Shown one piece after another: positions 8,792 through 19,023 of a DNA stretch of 64,000 nucleotides. Position 1 is the stretch's first letter. Each line of letters opens with the position of its first letter. Position numbers and translations under genes: made by a program. The stretch spans positions 6,498-70,497 of the forward strand of contig QJZC01000025.1 in the NCBI GenBank assembly GCA_003247575.1, read 5' to 3'. The stretch comes from Pseudomonadota bacterium (GTDB lineage: Bacteria; Myxococcota_A; UBA9160; SZUA-336). Under the pieces are notes generated by a model, which was given only the letters and a program-made list of their open reading frames with translations, did not search any database and had not been told where the DNA came from.

Positions 8792-9640
8792 ATGTCCGCG
8801 CCCACTCGCATTCGGCTGCTCGCGATCGACGTCGACGGGACGCTCGCGATCGAGCGCGACGTCATCTCCGCGCGAACGCGGGCGGCCCTGCACCACGCCC
8901 ATGACGAAGGCCTACAGCTCGCGATCGCGACCGGCCGGCGTTACCGCACGACGCAGAGGATCCTCGACTCCCTGGGTCTCGCCCTCCCCTTCGTGTGCCT
9001 CGGCGGAGCGCTCGTAAAGCGGCACGATCATTCGACTCTAGCCACACAGAGCCTCCCCGGCCCAGATGCGGAGCAACTGATCGAGCTCGCCCGCGAGGTC
9101 GGCGTCGCTCTCGTCGTCCACCACGACACCCAGCTCGCAGACCCACACGACTTCTTGATCGACGATGTCCCCACCTGGTCGTCCTCGGTCGCCGCATATC
9201 ACGACCTCTGGCGCCAGTATGCTCGCACCGGAGATGCGGTCGCCGAAGTCCGCCGGCGCGACGATGTATTGATCTTGAGCGCGTTCTGTGGCGAGCAGGA
9301 GGCTCGGTTGCTGGCCGACTCCGCTCACAGGCTGTTCCCCGGCCGCATCGTCGCGACCGTCGTTCCAAACCCGAGCGACTCCCATTGGTACTGCGAGCTC
9401 GCGCACGCGCAGGTCTCGAAGTGGTCGGGACTCGTCCACCTGACGACCGATCTCGGGATCGAGCTGGATCAGGTCTGCGCCGTGGGCGATCAGGTCAATG
9501 ATCTGTCGATGCTTCGCGGCGCGGCCATTGGTGTGGCCATGGGGAACGCACCCGAAAGCGTACGCGCAGCCGCGGATTGGGTCACCTCGCGCCACGACGA
9601 AGACGGGCTGGTGGGGGTAGTCGAGCGACTACTTCGCTGA
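8792..9640 (+). CDS. HAD-superfamily hydrolase, Cof-like (IIB)
   Basis: 'LLAIDVDGTL' motif I, 'IATGR' motif II, and a C-terminal 'GDQVNDLSMLRGAAIGVAMGNA' motif. Confidence 0.8.
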   Translation: MSAPTRIRLLAIDVDGTLAIERDVISARTRAALHHAHDEGLQLAIATGRRYRTTQRILDSLGLALPFVCLGGALVKRHDHSTLATQSLPGPDAEQLIELAREVGVALVVHHDTQLADPHDFLIDDVPTWSSSVAAYHDLWRQYARTGDAVAEVRRRDDVLILSAFCGEQEARLLADSAHRLFPGRIVATVVPNPSDSHWYCELAHAQVSKWSGLVHLTTDLGIELDQVCAVGDQVNDLSMLRGAAIGVAMGNAPESVRAAADWVTSRHDEDGLVGVVERLLR

Positions 9641-9645
9641 TCGCG

Positions 9646-9683
9646 GCCTCACGATGTCGGCACTGGCGGGGCTACCGTGAGGC
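9646..9683. terminator. Weak inverted repeat between the convergent HAD and DUF1287 genes
   Basis: gcctcacg ... cgtgaggc with a ~22-nt loop and no U-tract. Weak. Confidence 0.2.
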
Positions 9684-10445
9684 GCTCTCCTGTCGACCCG
9701 CATAGCGATAGTGACCCGTGATCGGATAGTCGAAGAGCATGTCCTCGAGCCTCGGGCCCTCGCCGATGTTGTGCACGATCAGGGGCCGCTCACCATCGCC
9801 CGAGCGCCGATCGGAAACGATGCCGATGTGCGGCCGGTGGCCACCGACGGTCCACGTCACCAGGTCACCTGCCGCGTAGATGTCGGGATGATCGCTCACC
9901 GCCAGAGACTCCCCTCGACGCATGAACAAGACGCGCAGATTGGGCACACGCCGATGATCGATGTTGGGATCCGGCGCTTCGAGCCCCCATAGATTCGGGA
10001 ACGCCGAGAAGTTCTCGAGCATCTCCTCGTGCACATCGCGCTGCAGATCGATCCCCAGCGAGCGATACGCCCGGATCACGACGTCTGTACACACACCGAG
10101 ATGCGCGGGCACGTCTCCGCCCGGGTAGGGAATGCGGAGGTAGCGCCCGTCGTAGCGCACCTCTGCCTTGGTTCTCTCGAGAGCAGCCTCAGCCAGACGC
10201 ATGCCGAACGCCGAAGCCATCCGGCTCGGATCCGGCTCCGCATTCGAGTGCGGCGCGAACAGCCACACTGCCAGCCACAGGCACCCGATCGCTGCGATTC
10301 TCGGACTTCTCCCGCACCCCACTCCAGAGCCTCCCCGTCCGCTGTCCACCAAGTCCATCCCTGAGCGCCCTATCGGGCGGAGGGTGGGCGACCTGGAGCT
10401 GGCGAGAGCCAACCTCACGAGCGACGTCCGAGGCCGTGCGACCAT
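9672..10445 (-). CDS. DUF1287-family protein (YijF-like), probably exported
   Basis: 'VRYDGRYLRIPYPGGDVPAHLGVCTDVVIRAYRSLGIDLQRDVHEEM...WGLEAPDPNIDHRRVPNL' resembles DUF1287. A hydrophobic N-terminal segment is present. The true start may be the internal ATG near 10358. Confidence 0.55.
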   Translation of the reverse strand: MVARPRTSLVRLALASSRSPTLRPIGRSGMDLVDSGRGGSGVGCGRSPRIAAIGCLWLAVWLFAPHSNAEPDPSRMASAFGMRLAEAALERTKAEVRYDGRYLRIPYPGGDVPAHLGVCTDVVIRAYRSLGIDLQRDVHEEMLENFSAFPNLWGLEAPDPNIDHRRVPNLRVLFMRRGESLAVSDHPDIYAAGDLVTWTVGGHRPHIGIVSDRRSGDGERPLIVHNIGEGPRLEDMLFDYPITGHYRYAGRQESASR

Positions 10446-10481
10446 TCACTTGGGCCGACACGCTCTATACTCACGTGAGAT

Positions 10482-11462
10482 ATGGCTCGCGATTCGACGC
10501 AGAAGGCACTCGACCGACTTGCAATTCTCCGAGATGCTCCGACCAGCGCAGAGCTGATCCGAGCACTCGAGAGCCTCTTGATCAAGGGATCGGGCCCGGT
10601 CGTGGCCTCGGTCGCGAGACTCCTCGCGGCGCGCGAACTACGCGAGCTCGAGAACGCTCTGATTCGCTCATTCGATCGCTTTCTGGGCCCAGGCCCTAGC
10701 AGGCTGGACCCCTTGTGCATCGCAAAGGAGGCGATCGTGAGGGCTCTGGTCTCGCTCGAGACCGGGATGGTCGCGAGTGAGCTGTACCGGAAAGGGAGCC
10801 TTCACGTTCAACCGGAGGCAACCGCTGATGGAAGAGTCGATACGGCCGCCGAGCTACGCGGGATTTGTGCCGAGGGACTGGTCCTCGCCGGCACCCACGA
10901 TCTCTGGCTGCTCCTCGCGGACCTGCTCGCAGACCCGGAAGTAGCTGCCCAGATCGGAGCCATCCGCGCGGTCGCTCAAACCGGGAATCCCCATATGGGT
11001 GCACCACTGCTGCGCCTGCGACTCGGCTCGGCAGACGCGGACTCGAGAGTGCCTGCCGAGTGTCTATCCGCCTTGATCTCGCTCGATCCGGTGTCGAATC
11101 TAGAGTATGTCGCGGCACGCCTCTCTCACCCGAATCCAAACCTCGCAGAGGGTGCCGCCTTCGCGCTCGGCGAATCGAGAAGCCGCGAGGCTGTCGATCT
11201 GCTTGGGACCTGGCTCGAAGGCTGGATGGACCCTGATCTTCGCCGAGTGGGCTACCTCGCGCTCTCCATGCTCCGGCTGGACGAGGCGACCTCGCTGCTT
11301 CTGCGCGAGCTGGATGAGGCCCCCATCGCGCACGCCGAGCTCGCGCTTCGGGCGCTCACCGTCGCCCAGCCGACGGAAGCCGTGAAACGTCGAATCGAGA
11401 CCGCTGTAACCGCACGGGGAGACGCCGGGCTCGAGAGGCTGCTCGCGGAACTGGTCCCCTAG
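10482..11462 (+). CDS. HEAT/PBS-lyase-type repeat protein
   Basis: Repeated helical 'A.ALG..g...AvdaL' units; no catalytic motif seen. Confidence 0.5.
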   Translation: MARDSTQKALDRLAILRDAPTSAELIRALESLLIKGSGPVVASVARLLAARELRELENALIRSFDRFLGPGPSRLDPLCIAKEAIVRALVSLETGMVASELYRKGSLHVQPEATADGRVDTAAELRGICAEGLVLAGTHDLWLLLADLLADPEVAAQIGAIRAVAQTGNPHMGAPLLRLRLGSADADSRVPAECLSALISLDPVSNLEYVAARLSHPNPNLAEGAAFALGESRSREAVDLLGTWLEGWMDPDLRRVGYLALSMLRLDEATSLLLRELDEAPIAHAELALRALTVAQPTEAVKRRIETAVTARGDAGLERLLAELVP

Positions 11463-11684
11463 CCGTCGGGGACGCAAAATGGTCGGCGGGCACTGGCCGA
11501 CACGCGCAACCGGATCTCTCTTTCACAAGCTCGTGGACCAGCTCACTCCGCTACGCAGCGCACCACCATCAACTATACTCAGCCCCCCTCTCGAGCACGG
11601 CTGCGCGCCGAGAAGCGCACTTCAAGCTCTCGTACCAAAGCCGGAGTTCAACAGAGGTGCAGACGTAGATATGGAGGTTTGAAT

Positions 11685-12719
11685 ATGAAGTCGACGAGCA
11701 TCGTGCGCGTTTTGCTATTGGCGGTCTCTATTACAGTCGGAAGCTTCACTTCCGGCGCACAAGCCGCATCCTCAGAGTTCTGCTACACCGTGGATCTGCG
11801 TGGCGGCACCGCAGAGATCTGTACTGATATCTATGAAAATCCGACAGCTCTACCCGCAGGGGCGACGATTCTGGCGGTGCCGGGTCTCACCGAGACCGCG
11901 GCCGCATGGGAGCCGCTCGTAGAGTCCATTTTTGCCGACCCGCAACTCGCGCCGTTCGTACGGCGCGTGATCGCTCTCGATCTACCGGGGCACGGCGACA
12001 GCCCCGTACCCGTCGGGCTCCCGTTTGGCCTCTTCGGTGAGCTCCTGATCGACGACAACATCAGCGTGATCATCCAATCGCTCGGTATCCTCGATGCGAG
12101 CGGTCTCGGCGCCAACGCCATCATGGCACACAGCATGGGTGGACTAGCGGTCCAGGGCGCGCAGGAAGCGTTGCTCGCAAATGGCGCCAGCCTGTCGCAC
12201 CTGGGTGTCCGCGCAGCCATTCTGCTGGCTCCCGTGCCCGCGGGGGGACAACAGTGGACGCAGCCTCCGCCGGCGGACCTGAGCCCATTCATCGTCTCGG
12301 ACCCGGCTCTCGGCACTTTCCTCGCTCTACCCCCAATCGCATTTCAGCTGGGAAACAGCTTTCGAACGACCAGCGGTGGCCTCATCCCTAATCTTCCAGG
12401 CCTAGCCCAACTGACTCCCTATGTAGGGCTCGAACCCATCGCTACGTTGCTCCAGCTCGTCGGGCAGCTCCCGATTCCACGCCCAACCGCTCGGAGCCGC
12501 GCCTTCGCGCCGAAGCATGGCACCGCGCTGTCGATCGTGTCCTTCAGCGAAGATGTGCTGGTTCCAGCTGGGGACCTGGATGATCTCTATGCGTACCTCA
12601 CGGGCCCTTCGGGCAAGCTCTATCGTCCGATAGTTGCGCCCGATGCGGTCCACGGAATGTTCATCTCCAACCCAGACGGACTGATCGAGGCGATCAAGTC
12701 CCTGCCGCTTCCGTTCTGA
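11685..12719 (+). CDS. Secreted alpha/beta-hydrolase (lipase/esterase-like)
   Basis: Signal peptide 'MKSTSIVRVLLLAVSITVGSFTSGAQA'. Nucleophile elbow 'AHSMGG'. GGAGG RBS ahead of the ATG at 11685. Lower-GC region. Confidence 0.7.
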   Translation: MKSTSIVRVLLLAVSITVGSFTSGAQAASSEFCYTVDLRGGTAEICTDIYENPTALPAGATILAVPGLTETAAAWEPLVESIFADPQLAPFVRRVIALDLPGHGDSPVPVGLPFGLFGELLIDDNISVIIQSLGILDASGLGANAIMAHSMGGLAVQGAQEALLANGASLSHLGVRAAILLAPVPAGGQQWTQPPPADLSPFIVSDPALGTFLALPPIAFQLGNSFRTTSGGLIPNLPGLAQLTPYVGLEPIATLLQLVGQLPIPRPTARSRAFAPKHGTALSIVSFSEDVLVPAGDLDDLYAYLTGPSGKLYRPIVAPDAVHGMFISNPDGLIEAIKSLPLPF

Positions 12720-13616
12720 TCGAACCCTGAAGGAGCTTTCCTCGGTTCCCTGGGATGGGTTGCTAGTCCGATCCCGGGGAACCCTCCGTTTCATCGACCC
12801 ACAGAGCGCACGACTTCCCTCGGATCGATGGAATTGCAGAGAAAGCGGAGAACGATTGGGACACAGGTCAAGCTTCGCTGGTCAACGGCGTGATTTACAC
12901 GTACGAGATCGACGTCCTCGAGCACCTTGCCCAGAACGCTAACCCGTACTTCGCCTACAACTTCGGCTCTACAGATCAAACGGGCGTACCTACTATTCGC
13001 AAATCCTCAGTCCCGTGCTCGAAAACCACTACGTAACTTCAACAGCGCGGCTCCGAACATCGTCTCCATCTCGATCAGCGGGCCAGTCCTCGCAGGCCAG
13101 CACGACGAGTCAAAGGGAGAGGCTCGGGAATCTTCGTACGAACGCTGAGCGCTACACCGTGAGCGCCGCCGTGCAGTCTAGCGCCGCATTGGAGACGCAC
13201 GGTTTCGTCAGGGAGCCACCCACAGTTTCACGGTTCCGGGCGTAATCCAGTGCAACTCGCCGCCGCGAGCCGCTCAAAGCGTCACGAAGCCGAGGCGCTG
13301 GATGACCACATATCAGAGCCTCAATGATTGTCGATCCAAGGCTCAAGACATCGCGCCCACTCGCACAGAGAATCCAGTCGGGAAGCCAACTCCACCCCCA
13401 GTCCCAGCTCAACGAAGACGCGGAAAAGTCCTACCCATCCCGCGAAGTGGCTGCTGGGGACCGCGTTCGCTGTGCGGGTCGTGGAGCGGCTTCACACGAT
13501 CTTGCGCGAGCAGTCGTCGAATCATGAGAGGGAAGCATACACCCTGTGGCTGAACTCGAGGCGCCTTGCGGTGGTCGTACCCGTGTCGTAGCGACGTGAT
13601 GCGCGATTGGCGCGGC

Positions 13617-13632
13617 TGGCATTTGCCTTGCA
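13617..13632 (+). promoter_or_regulatory. Sigma-54 (RpoN) -24/-12 promoter upstream of amt
   Basis: TGGCATTTGCCTTGCA matches TGGCAC-N5-TTGCA with exact GG/GC spacing. It is ~150 nt upstream of the amt GTG. Nitrogen-regulated amt genes are classically sigma-54/NtrC dependent. Confidence 0.5.
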
Positions 13633-13779
13633 AAGCGGCCAGTCGTCGGCGCTTGACTCTCGAGTGAGAGGCGAGCTTCTCGTTCGGCTGCGAAGGTCAG
13701 CGTCGCTGGTCATTTCGATCGCGGCTGCCGCCAACGCGTCCCGATCTCTCCTCTCCAACATCCTTCGATGAGGTGAACC

Positions 13780-15069
13780 GTGGATCCAAAAGCTTCACTC
13801 GAAACTATCGCCGTCGACGTGCAGACCTTGTGGGTACTCGTCTGCACGGCGCTGGTGCTGTTCATGCAGGCGGGGTTTTGCTGCCTGGAGGCAGGTTCCG
13901 TACGCCACAAGAACTCGATCAACGTCGCGGTGAAAAACGTCGTTGATCTATGCATCTCTTTGCCAGCCTTCTTCATAGTCGGCTATGCCTTGATGTTCGG
14001 CAGCGATTGGTTCGGATTGATCGGCACACCGATTCCCGTACTGATCGATCTCGAACCGAGCGAGCTCACGAGCTTTCTCTACCAAGCGGCATTTTGTGCA
14101 ACGGCAGCCACGATCGTGTCCGGCGGGGTCGCGGAGCGTTGCCGCTTCATGCCTTACTTGCTGGTTAGCGCAGGCGTCTCCTTGGTAATCTATCCCCTCT
14201 TCGGGCACTGGGTCTGGGGCGGTGGTTTTCTAGCCGACATGGGTTACCACGATTTCGCGGGATCCTCGGTAGTGCACATCGTGGGAGCTGGCGTGACCCT
14301 CGCGGGAATCCAGGTGCTCGGTCCGCGCCAGGGCCGCTTCGATTCAAACGGGCGATCTAGGCCGATTCCACCCTCGAGTCTCCCCATGGTGGCGCTCGGC
14401 GTGATGATCCTGTTCCTGGGCTGGATCGGCTTCAACGGCGGATCGGCGCCCCTTGGGACAGCCACACCGCAGATCGTGGTCAGCACGCTCCTGGCGGCGT
14501 GCTTCGGAGGCGCGGGAGCCATGCTGCTCGGTTGGGCACTTCGGGGCCTCGCGCAGGTGGACCTCGTCTTCAACGGCCTGCTCGGAGGTCTCGTTGCGAT
14601 CACCGCCTGTGCAGATGTCGTGGGGATTCAAGCAGCGTCGGCAATCGGCTTCCTGGGTGGGATTTCGGTGGTGCTCGGCACCTTTGTACTCGAGGTGCTC
14701 GAGCTCGACGATGCGGTGGGCGCAGTACCGGTGCACGGAGTCGCGGGCGCCGTGGGCATCGTCGCCACTGGATTCTTCGCGCGCGCATCCCTGCTCGATG
14801 AGCTCGGACTGACCCGGTTGGACTTCGTGCTCGTGCAGAGCATCGGGCTGTTCGTTTGCTTCGGGTGGTCGTATTGGGCTGGGCGCACACTCTGGACATG
14901 GGTGGGGAGCTTCACTCAGCTTCGGGTCGGAGAACTCGAGGAGCGACTTGGCATGAACTACAGCGAGCATCAGATGCCTCTCACGCACGGCGATCCATCC
15001 GCCGCCGCGACGGGCGTGTCGAGTGTCTTCGCCGTACCAGCAGCTGTAGAGGCCCGAGATGCTGGTTGA
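13780..15069 (+). CDS. amt: Ammonium transporter (Amt family)
   Basis: Multi-TM protein with 'LVLFMQAGFCCLEAGSVRHKNSINV' and 'HIVGAGVTLAGI' motifs typical of Amt/Rh. Confidence 0.9.
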   Translation: MDPKASLETIAVDVQTLWVLVCTALVLFMQAGFCCLEAGSVRHKNSINVAVKNVVDLCISLPAFFIVGYALMFGSDWFGLIGTPIPVLIDLEPSELTSFLYQAAFCATAATIVSGGVAERCRFMPYLLVSAGVSLVIYPLFGHWVWGGGFLADMGYHDFAGSSVVHIVGAGVTLAGIQVLGPRQGRFDSNGRSRPIPPSSLPMVALGVMILFLGWIGFNGGSAPLGTATPQIVVSTLLAACFGGAGAMLLGWALRGLAQVDLVFNGLLGGLVAITACADVVGIQAASAIGFLGGISVVLGTFVLEVLELDDAVGAVPVHGVAGAVGIVATGFFARASLLDELGLTRLDFVLVQSIGLFVCFGWSYWAGRTLWTWVGSFTQLRVGELEERLGMNYSEHQMPLTHGDPSAAATGVSSVFAVPAAVEARDAG

Positions 15070-16258
15070 ACCCGGCACGTTGCTCGGCCCGGTCGAACTC
15101 GGTCGCCTGCTAGACAAGGAGAAGAACTCCTGCCTCTACGAAGGGCGTCACACTCGGCTCGACCTGAACGTCGTCGTACGAGTCGCGCGCGGCCTCGCGG
15201 AAGGCGACCGGGATCGATATCTCGACGAGCTCTTCGCGACGACACGGCTGCGGAATCCAGCGATCATTCGGGCGATCGACTTCGGGCTCTACGGAGATTT
15301 GCGGTATCTGGTCTCCCTACAACCGCGTGCCGAGACGCTGGAAGCAAAGCTGGCGGCGGCCCGCGATGTCTTCGCTGAAGCACTCATCTGGAGGCTTCTA
15401 GGCGAAGCAGCTCAGGTGCTCTCGATCGCGCATGCAGCTGGAGTGGCACATCGAGAGCTGTTTCCCGCACGCGTCCATTTGGATGCCGACGGAAGCGTCC
15501 GCCTCGGCGGGTTCGGGTTCGCACCGGCTTACCTCGACCCCAGCTTCGACGAGATGAGCTCAGGACGCGGACGGACGCAGTACCTGCCACACGAATGCGT
15601 CACACGGCGCCAGGAGATCGGCCCAGCAGCCGATCTGTTTGCGCTCGGGGTCATCGCCTACGAGCTCGCATTCCAGCGGCTGCCCTTCCCACTCCTGCTT
15701 CCTGATGGGCCGACCGACGCGACCGTGCTGGCGCCCGCGCGGACGGATGGCTCGACGCACTGTTCCTCGCAACTGCTGCGGTTGATCGGGCGCTTGATCG
15801 AGCCCGATCCAGGGGCTCGACTCGCCACCGCAGCAGGCCTCCTGGAGCAGCTGCCAGCGGCGCCGGATACCGGTGAAGGCCTGGATCGAGACCGAGCGCC
15901 GGATGCGCGGACGTGCGGAGTGGGAACCAGGAGCGTGATCGCCAGAGCCGCGGCGAGCAAAGCGGGGCCCGGTTCCGACGCACCGGAGGTGCTTTCGAGG
16001 TGGCCGGAGACGGCGCCGCCGCCTGCGGCGGGAACCTCTCCAATGCAGGCCAGTAGGGACGTGAGTGAGGAGGCAGTGTCAGGCACCCCCAACGAGTTCC
16101 TGGGCGTCGCGGAGTTCCTCCAGCGACGCTTCGGAAGCGCCTCGAGTCGCTTTGCTGGCGGTGCAGTACTGCACTCGAACCTGCGCGAGAGATTTCTCGT
16201 CTGGGCGCTCCTGATCGCGCTCTCTGCAGCCGGAGCAGCGGCGCTCGCCTTCAGCTGA
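15059..16258 (+). CDS. Ser/Thr-kinase-like pseudokinase with C-terminal TM anchor
   Basis: Hanks-kinase fold is recognisable but the catalytic motifs are degenerate. 'VVVRV' replaces VAIK. 'HRELFP' replaces HRDLKP. 'GFGFA' replaces DFG. It overlaps the amt stop by 11 nt. Confidence 0.55.
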   Translation: MLVEPGTLLGPVELGRLLDKEKNSCLYEGRHTRLDLNVVVRVARGLAEGDRDRYLDELFATTRLRNPAIIRAIDFGLYGDLRYLVSLQPRAETLEAKLAAARDVFAEALIWRLLGEAAQVLSIAHAAGVAHRELFPARVHLDADGSVRLGGFGFAPAYLDPSFDEMSSGRGRTQYLPHECVTRRQEIGPAADLFALGVIAYELAFQRLPFPLLLPDGPTDATVLAPARTDGSTHCSSQLLRLIGRLIEPDPGARLATAAGLLEQLPAAPDTGEGLDRDRAPDARTCGVGTRSVIARAAASKAGPGSDAPEVLSRWPETAPPPAAGTSPMQASRDVSEEAVSGTPNEFLGVAEFLQRRFGSASSRFAGGAVLHSNLRERFLVWALLIALSAAGAAALAFS

Positions 16259-16376
16259 TGGCTCCGCCCTTCATCCGGCGGGTGGCAGTGCGACTCGGCA
16301 CACGATCGGCAGCGAGCGGGCGCCCGTCGGGCTGGGTCCAAGAATCCAGAAGACCCGCCACCTCGAGTCCGGCAGG

Positions 16377-16637
16377 TTAGGCTCGGCGTCCGGAACCGAG
16401 TTGACCGTCGCGCACCGATGCTCGCGAAGACTCGACCAGCGCCAGGCTCCGCTCCCGATGCCCCTGGCGCTCGGCCGAGACTCGTTCGGCCTGCTCGCGC
16501 AGGTCCCGAGTCCGCTTCGCGTGCCGCTCCGCGATCTCTTCCTGTTTCTGGGTAGAGATTCCAATCCGTTCTGCAAGCTCACGCTGCGACAGTCCGGCCT
16601 GTTCCTGAAGCTCGGCAAGGTCGAGTGCGGCGGCCAA
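16377..16637 (-). CDS. Small XRE-family helix-turn-helix protein (86 aa)
   Basis: 'LAELQEQAGLSQRELAERIGIS' is an XRE-type HTH. GC3 is ~75%. It is divergent from the SWIM-SNF2 gene. Confidence 0.4.
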   Translation of the reverse strand: MAAALDLAELQEQAGLSQRELAERIGISTQKQEEIAERHAKRTRDLREQAERVSAERQGHRERSLALVESSRASVRDGQLGSGRRA

Positions 16638-16723
16638 GTGCGTTGCGCGAAGAATGGTTCGGTGCGGTACCGGAGGGCATACTGTGCAAAGCCGAACTCG
16701 AACCTCTCTCTACGGATGAATTC

Positions 16724-18897
16724 ATGACCTCGCTTCACGACGTGCAGGCCCCCACTCCCACGAAAGCAGATCCCGAGGCCGATCTCTCGGAAGCGTACGA
16801 GCAGCTGACCGCGATGGGACAGCGTAAGCTGGGGCGGATTCCGCCGGAGCTCATGGCCGGCCACGTGATCGAGATCCATCGCGAAGCCCCCTGGGCGGTC
16901 AAACGCGCGGCGCTGGAGGCACTGCTGCGTCGCTTCGCGTTTGCACGGCGCGATGCGCTGCGCGTGGCGGAGCGTCCAGCGGGCGCGATTCCGTTTGGCC
17001 CCTATCGGACGCGCGCACATGGGGATGCACCGCGGCCGTATCGCACCTTGCTGCACTCGCTGACGCCGTTGGACGGGAGCTGCGATTGCCCCGATTTCTT
17101 GCGCGCGTCATTGGGCGTGTGCAAGCACCTGCTCGTGGTGATCGATGCGCTCGCATCGCAACCGCGCAAGCTGGAGCGCGGCCTGGGCGCAACAGCGACG
17201 ACGAACCCGCGTTGCGCGCGCTGCTCGGGGCGGAGCGGCAACAGCTGGAGTCGCAGCTCGACGCGCGTCGGGGGCGCAGGCCATCGCTGCGGGGCGTACG
17301 CCGCACGCTGTATGCCTATCAGAGAGAAGGCGTGGCCCGCTTCCTGACTGCAGAGCGCTTGTTGCTCGCCGATGACATGGGGCTAGGCAAGACGGTGCAA
17401 GCGGCGGCGGCATGCCACGCCCTGCATCGCTCGGGACACGTGCAACGGGGGCTCGTGATCACGCCGGCGAGTCTCAAGGGACAATGGAAGCACGAGTGGA
17501 ACGCGACCACCAAGATTCCGGTCGCCGTAGTCGATGGATCGCCAGCGGATCGAGCGCGGGCGTACGTCGAGACCACAGACGGATTCCTGATCGTGAACTA
17601 CGAACAGCTACTGCGCGACCTCGACGAGATTCTCGCTTGGGATCCGCAGATCGTGGTGCTCGATGAGGCGCAGCGCATCAAGAACTGGGCCACCAAGACG
17701 GCCACGTACGTGAAGCGACTCGAGCCGCGCTATCGATTGGTACTCACGGGGACACCGATGGAGAACCGGCTGGAAGAGCTGGCCTCGATCATGGACTGGG
17801 TCGATGATCACGCGCTCGAGCCGAAGTGGCGCTTGGCACCCCTGCATTCGGTGTCCGCCGATGGCGCGCGCGAGGTCGTGGGCGCGCGTCACTTGGGCAC
17901 CCTGCGGGAGCGGCTCGCGCCCAGCCTGTTGCGGCGCGTACGCAGCGACGTGCTGTCGCAGCTGCCTCCGCGCGATGCGCTGCTCCGCAGCCTATCCAGT
18001 CCCAAGCTCGCCGAGGCGCGAGCGCTGCTCTCGACACTGGCAATCGAGCAGGGCCGCAAGGTGGTGGTGTTCAGTCAGTGGCGCCGCATGCTGCAACTGG
18101 TGCACTGGGCAGTCGGCGATCTGCTGGATACCGCAGATGTACAAGCCATGTTCCTCACGGGTCGCGAGTCGTCCCGCCGGCGCACGCGCAATCTCGTCGA
18201 GTTTCACGACGATCCCAATGCGCGCATCCTGTTCGCAAGCGACGCGGGCGGGGTGGGACTCAACCTGCAGCGCGCCGCGAGCGCCTGCGTGTTGCTCGAT
18301 CTTCCCTGGAATCCAGCGGTGCTCGAACAGCGCGTCGGGCGCATCTACCGGCTCGGCCAGAAGCATCCGATCGATGTGTACAGCTTGGTGAGCAGTGACT
18401 CGATCGAGGAACGCATCGCCTCCTTGGTCGCGGACAAACGCGCGCTGTTCCGCGGCCTGTTCGATGGCACCGGCGACGACGTGCGCTTCGAGCGCTCGGG
18501 AAGCTTTCTGGACAAGGTCTCCAAGCTGATCGGAAACGAGGGGAACGCGCGCGCGGTGTCACCCGAAGCAGACGAGCTGGCAGACAAGGGCGAGGAAGCG
18601 GCCGAGGGCGAGTTCGAAGCTTGGCTGCGCGAAGAGGAGAAGGACGTTCGAGCCGATTACAGCGGGACATCGCTCGCTCCTCTGCCGCACTCGAGTACGG
18701 AGGACGAATCGGCCCAGCAAGCGTCCGGCGCCGCGTCGCCGGGACCGGCTGACCACGCGGGCGCGCCCCTGGGCGATGGAGGCGGTGCGCACGGGGAGCT
18801 CGCTGAGCACGGACCTTCGCTCGGTCGGCCCGAAGGCGAAGCGGTCGCAACCGATGTGCAGATCGGGGACTCTCGTGCGAATTCGTACGAACTTTGA
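16724..18897 (+). CDS. SNF2-family helicase with N-terminal SWIM zinc finger, interrupted by an apparent -1 frameshift near 17170-17200
   Basis: SWIM: 'CDCPDFLRASLGVCKHLLVV' (frame of ORF 16625..17347). SNF2: 'LYAYQREGVARF...ADDMGLGKTVQ', DEAQ box 'VLDEAQRIKN', and helicase-C 'DAGGVGLNLQ' (frame of ORF 17086..18897). The junction lies between '...ASQPRKLERGLGA' and 'DDEPALRALLGAE' within cgacgacgaa. Confidence 0.6.
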
Positions 18898-19023
18898 GTC
18901 CAAGAGGGCGCACCTGATGCCATTTAGCGCCCGTGATACTGAACGCAAAACTCGATGCCTGGAAATTTAAGGTCCAGATTTCTAGACGTAAACTGATATA
19001 AAGGTGAAGATATTGGTCCTATT

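Noticed and set aside
16271-17056. 261-aa minus-strand ORF
   Set aside because: Antisense to the SWIM-finger region of the SNF2 gene; Arg-rich.
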